The notes below the pieces were generated by a model. The model worked only from the letters and a program-made list of their open reading frames with translations. It was not told the origin of the DNA and did not search any database. DNA of 26,995 bases from contig CBDHHL010000019.1 of NCBI GenBank assembly GCA_965263355.1, positions 1 through 26,995 of the forward strand. The letters run 5' to 3'. Shown one piece after another: positions 8,576 through 15,208 of the stretch. Position 1 is the first letter of the stretch; every line of letters begins with the position of its first letter. A program made the position numbers and the translations under genes. The DNA comes from Leptolyngbyaceae cyanobacterium (GTDB lineage: Bacteria > Cyanobacteriota > Cyanobacteriia > Phormidesmidales > Phormidesmidaceae).

Positions 8576-8613
8576 TAATTAACTGTCAGGTCGCCAAACT
8601 AGCCAGTTAATTA
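8576..8613. promoter_or_regulatory. Hairpin or inverted repeat in the rep leader
   Basis: TAATTAACTG (8576-8585) and CAGTTAATTA (8604-8613) form perfect 10-bp arms with an 18-nt loop TCAGGTCGCCAAACTAGC. Confidence 0.5.
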
Positions 8614-8643
8614 AGTGAGATGTTGACTAAGCGGGGTTTACTG

Positions 8644-8690
8644 AAAAAACTAAGCCGCTAGGGATGCTTTATCCCTAGCGGCTTTTAATT
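8644..8690. terminator. Perfect 14-bp hairpin, probable bidirectional terminator/attenuator between the RHH gene and rep
   Basis: AAGCCGCTAGGGAT-gcttt-ATCCCTAGCGGCTT (8652-8684). It is followed by AG-T6 on the minus strand and a T-rich run on the plus strand. Confidence 0.65.
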
Positions 8691-8880
8691 TGCGCTGATT
8701 GCGAGCTGCTATCAATTGCGCTAGATCGAGCCCCAATCCTTTGCAGATCAGCGCCTTTACGTTTTTATTGATTGTTCCGGGCCGCTCATCGAGCAGATCC
8801 CAGGCTTTACGTGGGATTCGAATAGTGACGACTACGGAGTCGTCGCATTCGCGATATCGGGCAGGCATTCTCTTTGCCAT
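8650..8880 (-). CDS. CopG-like ribbon-helix-helix protein upstream of rep
   Basis: The alternating strand VVVTIRIP is followed by two helices (RKAWDLLDE, INKNVKALICKGL). It sits directly upstream of rep. Confidence 0.7.
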   Translation of the reverse strand: MAKRMPARYRECDDSVVVTIRIPRKAWDLLDERPGTINKNVKALICKGLGLDLAQLIAARNQRKLKAARDKASLAA

Positions 8881-9147
8881 GGTGGATCAATAAGGAAAAG
8901 GTTTGTTTTAGGGCTCATGGAAACAAAGGCCTGTGATGGATATCTTCAAAATTATAGCGCACGAAAAACAGCGGGTGGACCCTGTTTATAAAGTTTTTGA
9001 AGATCACGAAAAAATATAGGCGAGAAACCCGGCTTGTCCTGCCATTCCTTATGCATGGAGCAGCGGAAAGATTCTGAAAACATGTCATTTCTCGCACTTT
9101 TCACCCTGTTTTGGAAAATGTTTTTGCGTTAGAAGCCAAGCCGTTTT

Positions 9148-9214
9148 TTCGTAACATAAGTAATGTTTCGAATATTGAAACTGAGACGTTTCAAAACGGT
9201 TTTGAAACTGAGAC
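9148..9214. repeat. Cluster of nested inverted and direct repeats (candidate origin or recombination site)
   Basis: TTCGTAACAT-5-ATGTTTCGAA (9148-9172, one mismatch), TTGAAACTGAGAC x2 (9175-9187, 9202-9214) and GTTTCAAAAC-G-GTTTTGAAAC (9188-9208). Confidence 0.6.
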
Positions 9215-9404
9215 ATTAGCCACATTGATACTGTGACCAGTTGCGTAGGCCGCTGGTCTGTGGCAATATGCCGGTAAGCATTTTTCAGATCGCCTTCTAT
9301 AAACCGTGACGGACCCCCATCCGTTGCGGTTTTGGCGTTTTTAGGGCTCAGAACATACTTCCTCCAAATGATTGGCCAAAGCTTACACCCAGGGCAACGC
9401 CAGA

Positions 9405-9656
9405 TCAAGCGGCATTGACGCGTTCCCAGATCTCGTTGATACGACTTACCAGCTGAGCAACCATTGATTGCATTGCCTCAGTAAAGGCCAATCGAAAGCG
9501 CTGGGATTCCGCTCTATCAGCCTTGCCTTCATCAATAAAGGCTTGCAGCATGGCGTTTGTTTCCCTTCGCTCATTTTCGTTGTGCTCTATGTAGGCGCTC
9601 ACTGCTGTAGTAAGCGCCTCGAGCTGGGATTCTATACGATCTAGTCGGTCACTCAT
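9405..9656 (-). CDS. Small coiled-coil protein (83 aa)
   Basis: MSDRLDRIESQLEALT... is a start pattern common in small cyanobacterial coiled-coil proteins. It has an ATGA overlap with the upstream RHH gene. Confidence 0.8.
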   Translation of the reverse strand: MSDRLDRIESQLEALTTAVSAYIEHNENERRETNAMLQAFIDEGKADRAESQRFRLAFTEAMQSMVAQLVSRINEIWERVNAA

Positions 9657-9847
9657 TTTTTCTTTGCCTTTTGCGCTTCTGCAACTTCATCAAAACTGGG
9701 GGCGTAGCCATCAAGCATTGCTTGCCTGATTGCTTGCTCTAAGAGCGATACAGCGAGGGAAGTTGGTTTATTCCCCTCGCGTTCCGCCCAATAGTCCAGT
9801 ACATCAGCCAATCCGTCGCTAACTCTACACATATAAGCCTTGCTCAT
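9653..9847 (-). CDS. CopG-like RHH regulator (64 aa)
   Basis: From ATG at 9847: MSKAYMCRVSDGLADVLDYWAEREGNKPTSLAVSLLEQAIRQ, matching the cyanobacterial RHH pattern L..WAE.EG...SL...L.E.A. Confidence 0.8.
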   Translation of the reverse strand: MSKAYMCRVSDGLADVLDYWAEREGNKPTSLAVSLLEQAIRQAMLDGYAPSFDEVAEAQKAKKK

Positions 9848-9953
9848 CGCTATCAATTGATAATCAATTGCCCATATGGTAGCCCTATGTACGGCTTGCG
9901 GCATGTCGCTTACTATTTGATGTCTTCTGATACCAAGTAGTAAGCAATTGCTG

Positions 9954-9982
9954 TTGACGGTTCAAATGGTAAGCGCTAACCT
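9954..9982 (+). promoter_or_regulatory. Putative sigma70-type promoter of the parM-like operon
   Basis: TTGACG (9954-9959), a 17-bp spacer, then TAACCT (9977-9982). It is preceded by the inverted pair GCTTACTA (9908-9915) and TAGTAAGC (9938-9945). Confidence 0.55.
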
Positions 9983-9993
9983 TGTGGTTGTCA

Positions 9994-10048
9994 AACCACA
10001 AAAAACCGCTCCACACCTTCTATCGGTAATCAACGGTTTTTTGTGGTT
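9994..10048. promoter_or_regulatory. Perfect 15-bp inverted repeat in the parM-like leader
   Basis: AACCACAAAAAACCG (9994-10008) and CGGTTTTTTGTGGTT (10034-10048) with a 25-nt loop. An alternative partner TTGTGGTT lies at 9982-9989. Confidence 0.6.
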
Positions 10049-10049
10049 G

Positions 10050-10063
10050 ATTACTGCAGTAAT
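10050..10063. repeat. Palindrome ATTACTGCAGTAAT, member of the dispersed TTACTGCA repeat family
   Basis: Perfect 14-bp palindrome 40 bp upstream of the parM-like ATG. Confidence 0.6.
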
Positions 10064-10103
10064 GCATCACATCAGAAAAACAAGCTAAAAACCATACACA
10101 ACA

Positions 10104-11144
10104 ATGCTTTCAACTGAAACAAACCAACGAATCACGTCTCAATCTGTCGGTATCAGTGCCCCCTCAAAACCACTAGCAACCGTTATCAACCGCATGGGCG
10201 TTGCTGTTGGTGCTGGCTGGGTCAAAGCAACAGACGGCCAGCAAATTGTTAAAGCTCGAAGCCTCATTTTGGAGACTGAGCCTACTGATTTCTTTGGTCA
10301 GAACTCTAAAAACTGGCGAGTCGAGCTGATGAATAGCCCTATTGGTCAGGGGGTGTTCTACCTGGGTGACAAGCTGGACGGGATGACGGGCACCAAGTCG
10401 CTGGCCAATGGAGAGAAAGGTAATTTTTACCCAGTGCTGGCTGTGGCAGCTGTAGCGCGATTGCTACCAAAGGATCAACCGCATCGAGTGCAGACTGTAG
10501 AGATTGCCTGTAGCATCCCTACCCAGGCCATGAAAGGCCAGCTGGCAAAGTTAAAGGGTCACCACCTGGTCAATGTGAATGGGGCCAGTGTTCAGCTCAA
10601 CATTACTCGCGTTGTTGCTCAGCCTGAGGGATTGGGCACCTGTGCCCAGATTGCCCACCTGCAAGCTGTTAAAGGTGCTCAGCCCGCCAGTTTTGCTGTA
10701 CTCGATATCGGCTTTGCCAACACGACAATTACGGGACTGGATGAGGAGAACACATTACTGGGTTTCCATTCAACGACTCCTGGTGTGGCGAAACTCTACG
10801 AGACGATTGCTGCTCGACTCAACAGCAACGGTCATCCAGCCACTATTGAGGAAGTACGGCTAGGGGTAGAAACGCCCAATGGAGCAACATTCTGTCTCAA
10901 AGGCCATGGCACTACAAACTTTGAGGCTCTTTACTTCGAAGAGTTAGAACGCTGGTTTGATGCTCGCCTATCGGCTATCCAGACTGGGGCACAGGCCATT
11001 CTCGATAAGGCTCAGCATAAGTTTATTGCCGGTGGCGGTGGTCAGCTGCCTGGGGTTAAGGAGTTAGCTGCTAAGCGTGGCTATGGCGTTGCCAATGACC
11101 CCCAAGAGAAAGAAGTTCAGGGGCTTTATTTGTTGACTCACTAA
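10104..11144 (+). CDS. parM: ParM/StbA-family actin-like ATPase
   Basis: Actin-fold motifs: phosphate-1-like GVAVGAGWVK, connect-1 QPEGLG, phosphate-2 VLDIGFANT and adenosine IAGGGG, with a C-terminal GLY. Confidence 0.85.
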   Translation: MLSTETNQRITSQSVGISAPSKPLATVINRMGVAVGAGWVKATDGQQIVKARSLILETEPTDFFGQNSKNWRVELMNSPIGQGVFYLGDKLDGMTGTKSLANGEKGNFYPVLAVAAVARLLPKDQPHRVQTVEIACSIPTQAMKGQLAKLKGHHLVNVNGASVQLNITRVVAQPEGLGTCAQIAHLQAVKGAQPASFAVLDIGFANTTITGLDEENTLLGFHSTTPGVAKLYETIAARLNSNGHPATIEEVRLGVETPNGATFCLKGHGTTNFEALYFEELERWFDARLSAIQTGAQAILDKAQHKFIAGGGGQLPGVKELAAKRGYGVANDPQEKEVQGLYLLTH

Positions 11145-11185
11145 GGGTTTCACCCATAAACGAAACAACACTATTGATCAGACCC

Positions 11186-11425
11186 ATGGCAAAGACAGAA
11201 CGCAAAGAACACCGCATCACCCTACCGCAACACGTAAGAACTCGTGCTCAACAAAGAGCCGATGAATTGGGCTATGGCTCCATTCTTGAGTATGTTTCCG
11301 AACTCGTTGTTGTAGATACCTCACCATTGATCGCCCGTGGGATTGCCCAGGTCCCGCAGTCCCCACCTAATCAAGAACAGCCCCCATTCACCGTGACTAG
11401 CGGTGAATGGGGAGACGAAATATAA
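11186..11425 (+). CDS. RHH-like DNA-binding partner of ParM (ParR-like)
   Basis: From ATG at 11186: EHRITLPQHVRTRAQQRADELGYGSILEYVSELV, then a Pro/Gln-rich linker and an acidic-aromatic tail (GEWGDEI). It lies directly downstream of parM. Confidence 0.7.
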   Translation: MAKTERKEHRITLPQHVRTRAQQRADELGYGSILEYVSELVVVDTSPLIARGIAQVPQSPPNQEQPPFTVTSGEWGDEI

Positions 11426-11430
11426 CTCCC

Positions 11431-11688
11431 ATGCAAAAAACGACTGCCGAAACTATGAAGAAAACAAACACAACAACAATCACAATCAGCCTAGATCTAT
11501 GGTTCAACGATGATTGTGAAAGTTCATTGCCCGACAAGACTCACACCGGAACAATCCAGATACCAGCAGGCATGGACGATAGCGCTGTCGGGCAATTAGT
11601 CGATGAGTATTCCATCGGCATCGCCAAGGCTCACGGCTACAGCACAGAGAATTTCAACTGGCAATGGGACTACATCCCAAATGCTTGA
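11431..11688 (+). CDS. Small acidic hypothetical protein
   Basis: In-operon ORF. ATG at 11431 follows the previous stop (11455 is an alternative). Confidence 0.6.
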   Translation: MQKTTAETMKKTNTTTITISLDLWFNDDCESSLPDKTHTGTIQIPAGMDDSAVGQLVDEYSIGIAKAHGYSTENFNWQWDYIPNA

Positions 11689-11718
11689 TCCAACAGGATT
11701 CTTTAGGAGAAACAATAC

Positions 11719-11913
11719 ATGCTCAACCTCAGCAGATTCCGACAAACGCTAGACGATATCGAGTATGGCCTGATTGCCATTGATGAAGAAAATATCAGGC
11801 TGTTAGAGCAAACATGGGAGACCGTTAAAAGCCACGTGCCAGAAGATTACAGACCAATAATTCAGGACCGCATAGACCAGCTCAAGCCAATAACAGCACA
11901 AAGGGATGGCTAG
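11719..11913 (+). CDS. Small helical hypothetical protein (64 aa)
   Basis: An AGGAGA ribosome-binding site lies upstream of the ATG, in an operon position. Confidence 0.7.
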   Translation: MLNLSRFRQTLDDIEYGLIAIDEENIRLLEQTWETVKSHVPEDYRPIIQDRIDQLKPITAQRDG

Positions 11914-11967
11914 CCATGAGAGCAGCCATCCCCCTTTATCCCGTCATCCAAACAGGAATAAATAACT

Positions 11968-12273
11968 ATGACACAACTTAGGAAATATGGGTCCATTGAG
12001 CCCATACAGAGAGAAAAACCAGTTCCAAACATCACGGTCCACCAGCACTTCCACCAGCCACCAGTCCAGCAACGGCCAAGTCATTACAGGCCTAAGCCTA
12101 TGGCCAACGACCACGGCTTGGCTGAGGTTGCAAGGTGGGGAGCTGCATCACTTACTGCATTACTGGCTGCATGGATTTTGGGCAATGCCATTATTCACCA
12201 GGCCAACAGCAACTATTGGGCAAACGAACGACAGATCCAACGTATCAACAACCATCCAGGGGGGCAGTGGTAA
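11968..12273 (+). CDS. Single-pass membrane protein (101 aa)
   Basis: Hydrophobic segment WGAASLTALLAAWILGNAII with a Q/H/P-rich N-terminus. AGGA lies upstream, and a TAATCATG junction leads to the next gene. Confidence 0.75.
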   Translation: MTQLRKYGSIEPIQREKPVPNITVHQHFHQPPVQQRPSHYRPKPMANDHGLAEVARWGAASLTALLAAWILGNAIIHQANSNYWANERQIQRINNHPGGQW

Positions 12274-12275
12274 TC

Positions 12276-12674
12276 ATGAGCAACAAAGCAAACGTTAACC
12301 AAACTGTTGTCGGCCCTATGGGTTTGCCCATTACCCAGGGGATAGAGGTTGATAGCAATCGACTAAGCATCTATTCAGAATCATCTTTTAGATGGGCCAA
12401 TGCCTTAGCTATCCCTAGCCGTGGGCCTTATGTGGATGCCCTCTTATGGATTCTGACCATTGCCACGCCTGCCAGGTTGCTGGATTCCCTAGCGATTAGT
12501 GGTCTGTTCCCGCCGCTGCTATCTATTGCCCTGGCTGCCCTGTTGGTGGCAGTGCCCCTGGTGCTCACCTGGCAAGTGTGGAACGCCAAGAGACATTTAA
12601 GAGTAGCCATCCTTTACCGGCTGTTATTGGTGGCTGTAGCAATTGCGATCGCAACTATCGGAGTGAGAATTTAA
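12276..12674 (+). CDS. Multi-pass membrane protein (132 aa, ~3 TM segments)
   Basis: ATG at 12276 in TAATCATG. Hydrophobic segments are ALLWILTIATPA, LFPPLLSIALAALLVAVPLVLTW and VAILYRLLLVAVAIAIATIGV. Confidence 0.8.
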   Translation: MSNKANVNQTVVGPMGLPITQGIEVDSNRLSIYSESSFRWANALAIPSRGPYVDALLWILTIATPARLLDSLAISGLFPPLLSIALAALLVAVPLVLTWQVWNAKRHLRVAILYRLLLVAVAIAIATIGVRI

Positions 12675-12676
12675 TC

Positions 12677-14023
12677 ATGACCGTATCGTATGAAATGCTG
12701 GCTCGATGCCAGGAACCGCAACGGGTTAAGCATGAAAATAACTTACGACTAAACAGCATTGGTGGCCTAGCGCTTAGTGCAGCTCTAACTATTGTTGCCT
12801 GTATTGGCGGGAATCATTGGTTTCGTACTGGGATGCTATTGTTTGCCGTGCCCCCAATGGCATTGTCAAAAAGAGCAGCTGATGAACTATCCGGTGAAGC
12901 CCGTGGCAGAGAAGACCGGGCCGATGTGTTTAACCAGGCTGGTCAAGATAATTTGTATAAAATCCTGACCCAAACAGCACCACCACCGGATTTACCCACA
13001 GTTGAGCCACCACCAGCGCTGGGTACTCGCGAGAATCCGAGAACTGATTGGCAGGAATTATTAGGTGAATTGTTCACGGCCACCAATAGCGATGGTACCT
13101 ATCTATACCCGTGTATCTTCCTCACTGGTGCCCAGGGCACGGGCAAAACTACATTCCTAAAATTCATCCAACAGTTGCTGGTGGGCGATATCACCGTGAT
13201 TGATTCCCACTACAAAAAAGGCAATTGGAAAGGATGCAAGATTGTCGGTAAAGGCAAGAATTACAGCAGTATTGAGGCATATCTAAAGAGTGTTCTGGTG
13301 GATGTAGAGGAACGCTATCAGGACTATGCAGAAAAGGATAATGCTGTATTCCAGCCCATCACCGTCATTGCTGAAGAGATGACCAATTGGGATGGTGAAA
13401 TGAGTGATACCAAGATAGCTGGCCACTTCATGAAAGCCTCCCTATCTGATTTCCGAAAGGTCAACTACAGGCTTATCTCAGTTGCTCATTCAGACACCAA
13501 TACTGCCAGGGGCGACGCAAAAGGTACAGCCAAGATGCGGGCCAATGGGGAAGTGAGAATAGAGCTAATTCAAAAGGGATTGGCCCATATCACTATGCCC
13601 GGTGAAACTGAGCCCTTCTATCTGGCATTCCCTAATCTATCGGTAGCATTACCACCAGTCCCGCCACCACCACCGACCGACCGGGCACCATTACCAACTG
13701 ATAGCAATGTGATTGCTTTTTTAGGTAATCACTGCAGTAATGCAGTAAGTAATGATGCAGATAGGGGCAGTGGGCGTACTGGCTTTACGGCATCCGATGC
13801 AGCGCGATTAATTGCCAATCATCTAGAGCGTAAAAATATCACTGAGCCTGTCACTATTGGCCGCATTCGTAGCCAGGTTAGACAACTAAAAGAACTACCT
13901 GATTATGGATGGGCATTAGTTACCGATGGATTGCGTTGTGGCCGACTGGATAAGGGCCGCTTAAACGTGACTCAAAACGGCGAAACGATTTACCTGTCAC
14001 TGGCCACCGACAACGCCGCTTAG
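12677..14023 (+). CDS. Membrane-anchored P-loop ATPase of the FtsK/HerA superfamily (TraB- or coupling-protein-like), 448 aa
   Basis: ATG at 12677 in TAATCATG. It has two N-terminal hydrophobic helices, a Pro-rich linker, Walker A GAQGTGKTT (13127), Walker B-like TVIAEE and an RKVNYRLISVAH strand. A second Pro-rich linker precedes a ~80-aa basic C-terminal domain. Confidence 0.75.
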   Translation: MTVSYEMLARCQEPQRVKHENNLRLNSIGGLALSAALTIVACIGGNHWFRTGMLLFAVPPMALSKRAADELSGEARGREDRADVFNQAGQDNLYKILTQTAPPPDLPTVEPPPALGTRENPRTDWQELLGELFTATNSDGTYLYPCIFLTGAQGTGKTTFLKFIQQLLVGDITVIDSHYKKGNWKGCKIVGKGKNYSSIEAYLKSVLVDVEERYQDYAEKDNAVFQPITVIAEEMTNWDGEMSDTKIAGHFMKASLSDFRKVNYRLISVAHSDTNTARGDAKGTAKMRANGEVRIELIQKGLAHITMPGETEPFYLAFPNLSVALPPVPPPPPTDRAPLPTDSNVIAFLGNHCSNAVSNDADRGSGRTGFTASDAARLIANHLERKNITEPVTIGRIRSQVRQLKELPDYGWALVTDGLRCGRLDKGRLNVTQNGETIYLSLATDNAA

Positions 14024-14036
14024 GGGATGCCATAGC

Positions 14037-14248
14037 GGGGGATTAAATACTAACTAATCCCCCCTTAGACAGACCGCTACCCCCCCCATTTTCCCCCCTC
14101 AGACATCCATATCTGCCCGTGTCTAAGGGGGCTATAGAATCGCTCAAATGCATACGGGGCAAGCGTAGACAGCCCTTAGACTTGACCCATCACGGGCACG
14201 ACTGCCACCAGGCCGCCAATAGACTTGTCTAAGGCCTTTGTCCAAGGA
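14037..14248. repeat. Cluster of CCTTAGACA-type repeats in both orientations plus hairpins
   Basis: CCCTTAGACA 14062, CCCTCAGACA 14096, TGTCTAAGGG 14120, CCCTTAGACT 14173, TGTCTAAGGC 14226 and TGTCCAAGGA 14239. Also hairpin GGGGGATTA/TAATCCCCC at 14037-14063 and the pair TGCCCGTG 14114 / CACGGGCA 14191. Confidence 0.75.
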
Positions 14249-14306
14249 ACAAACTAAATACCAAACTATTAGGAATTACTCAATAAAAAACAATGGAGAG
14301 TCAATC

Positions 14307-14501
14307 ATGAACGCACAAAAATATGGCCGGAATCCCATCGTCTCAAGCGATGAGTTAATCAAGTTGTTCGAATTGAATCAAGGAAAGCTACCAGCGGAAA
14401 CCCAGACCTTAGCCATCACTATGCGCAATGGCGAGCTAATTACTTGGGACAGGGAGTCTCTAGAACAATTGGGCGTCGTTTCGACCGCTGATTACGCTTA
14501 A
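14307..14501 (+). CDS. Small hypothetical protein (64 aa)
   Basis: GGAGAG RBS at 14295-14300, ATG at 14307, an AT-rich upstream region and a terminator downstream. Confidence 0.65.
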   Translation: MNAQKYGRNPIVSSDELIKLFELNQGKLPAETQTLAITMRNGELITWDRESLEQLGVVSTADYA

Positions 14502-14541
14502 GCCCAGCTGCCATAAAGCCGGAACCAGCCGCCACATACTT

Positions 14542-14572
14542 AAAGCCCTCGGCATAACGCCGGGGGCTTTTT
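14542..14572 (+). terminator. Intrinsic terminator
   Basis: AAAGCCCTCGGC-ataac-GCCGGGGGCTTT, a GC-rich stem with one G-U pair, ending in a T5 tract. Confidence 0.8.
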
Positions 14573-14590
14573 GTGTGCTAGCCTTCGTTT

Positions 14591-14610
14591 GCTGCATTAC
14601 TGCATTACTG
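14591..14610. promoter_or_regulatory. Tandem CTGCATTA octamers immediately upstream of parA (operator/centromere candidate)
   Basis: GCTGCATTACTGCATTACTG ends 10 bp before the parA GTG. The same motif occurs at 10050, 12143, 13735 and 15553. Confidence 0.65.
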
Positions 14611-14620
14611 TGAGATATCC

Positions 14621-15208
14621 GTGAGCAAAGTTATCAGCATTGTTTCGCTCAAAGGTGGAGCTGGAAAAACCAGCGCCGCGATTACCATTGCCGGTTACCT
14701 GGCCAAAGGTCACAGCACCCTATTAATAGATAGTGATCCGAACCTAAGCGCCCTTAGTTGGCATCAACGAGGGGATGGGATGGGCTTCGATTGTTGCTCG
14801 GTGGCTAGTGCCCCAATGAAGATGGCCAGCTCAAACTATGAGGCAATCGTTATTGATAGTCAGGCACGGCCCACACAAGATGATCTAAATTCACTGACCG
14901 ATAGTGACTTGGTGATTCTGGCCTCAACACCGGAACCCATGGGCGTTGAGGCATTGGTAAAGCTGGTGGGTATGATGCCCGATGGATGCAACTATCGAGC
15001 GCTGGTGGGGATATCACCGCCTAAGCCTCAAAAGGATGGGGCTATTGCAATCTCAGCCCTGACTGATGCAGGCATCCCCTGTTTTGAGAAGCCGATCCGA
15101 AGGCTTAAGGAATATGTCAGGGCATCAGAGCAAGGTCGTTTGCCCAAAGGTATGGGCTTAGCTGATTGGAAACCAGTATTCAAGGAGATAGATAGGCTAT
15201 GGGATTAG
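14621..15208 (+). CDS. parA: ParA-family partition ATPase (short type Ib, no N-terminal HTH)
   Basis: Deviant Walker A KGGAGKT, A' motif LIDSDPN and Walker B IVIDS. It is 195 aa and overlaps the downstream RHH gene. Confidence 0.93.
   Translation: MSKVISIVSLKGGAGKTSAAITIAGYLAKGHSTLLIDSDPNLSALSWHQRGDGMGFDCCSVASAPMKMASSNYEAIVIDSQARPTQDDLNSLTDSDLVILASTPEPMGVEALVKLVGMMPDGCNYRALVGISPPKPQKDGAIAISALTDAGIPCFEKPIRRLKEYVRASEQGRLPKGMGLADWKPVFKEIDRLWD

Noticed and set aside
9148..9176. Possible dif/Xer site (TAACATAA matches part of the XerD arm)
   Set aside because: There is no matching second arm at 6-bp spacing, so it is kept only as an unexplained dyad.
9165..9214. GTTTC…ATTGAAAC resembles the ends of cyanobacterial CRISPR repeats
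   Set aside because: The units are only 13-17 bp with no 30-40 bp spacers, no array periodicity and no cas genes.
8915..9408. ORFs 8915..9097 and 9085..9408 (minus strand) and their copies at 24519..25012
   Set aside because: They have atypical composition, a weak start for the longer ORF, and run through palindromic repeats. The region is more plausibly non-coding.
9405..9847. Type II toxin-antitoxin pair (RHH plus small downstream gene)
   Set aside because: The layout fits, but the downstream protein is a plain coiled coil with no PIN, RelE, MazF or other toxin motif.
10579..12610. Alternative-frame ORFs 10579..10863, 11987..12298, 12428..12610, the 21-codon ORF at 11916 and the long 5' extensions at 12135 and 12578
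   Set aside because: They overlap better-supported genes. The TAATCATG junctions identify 12276 and 12677 as the likely starts.
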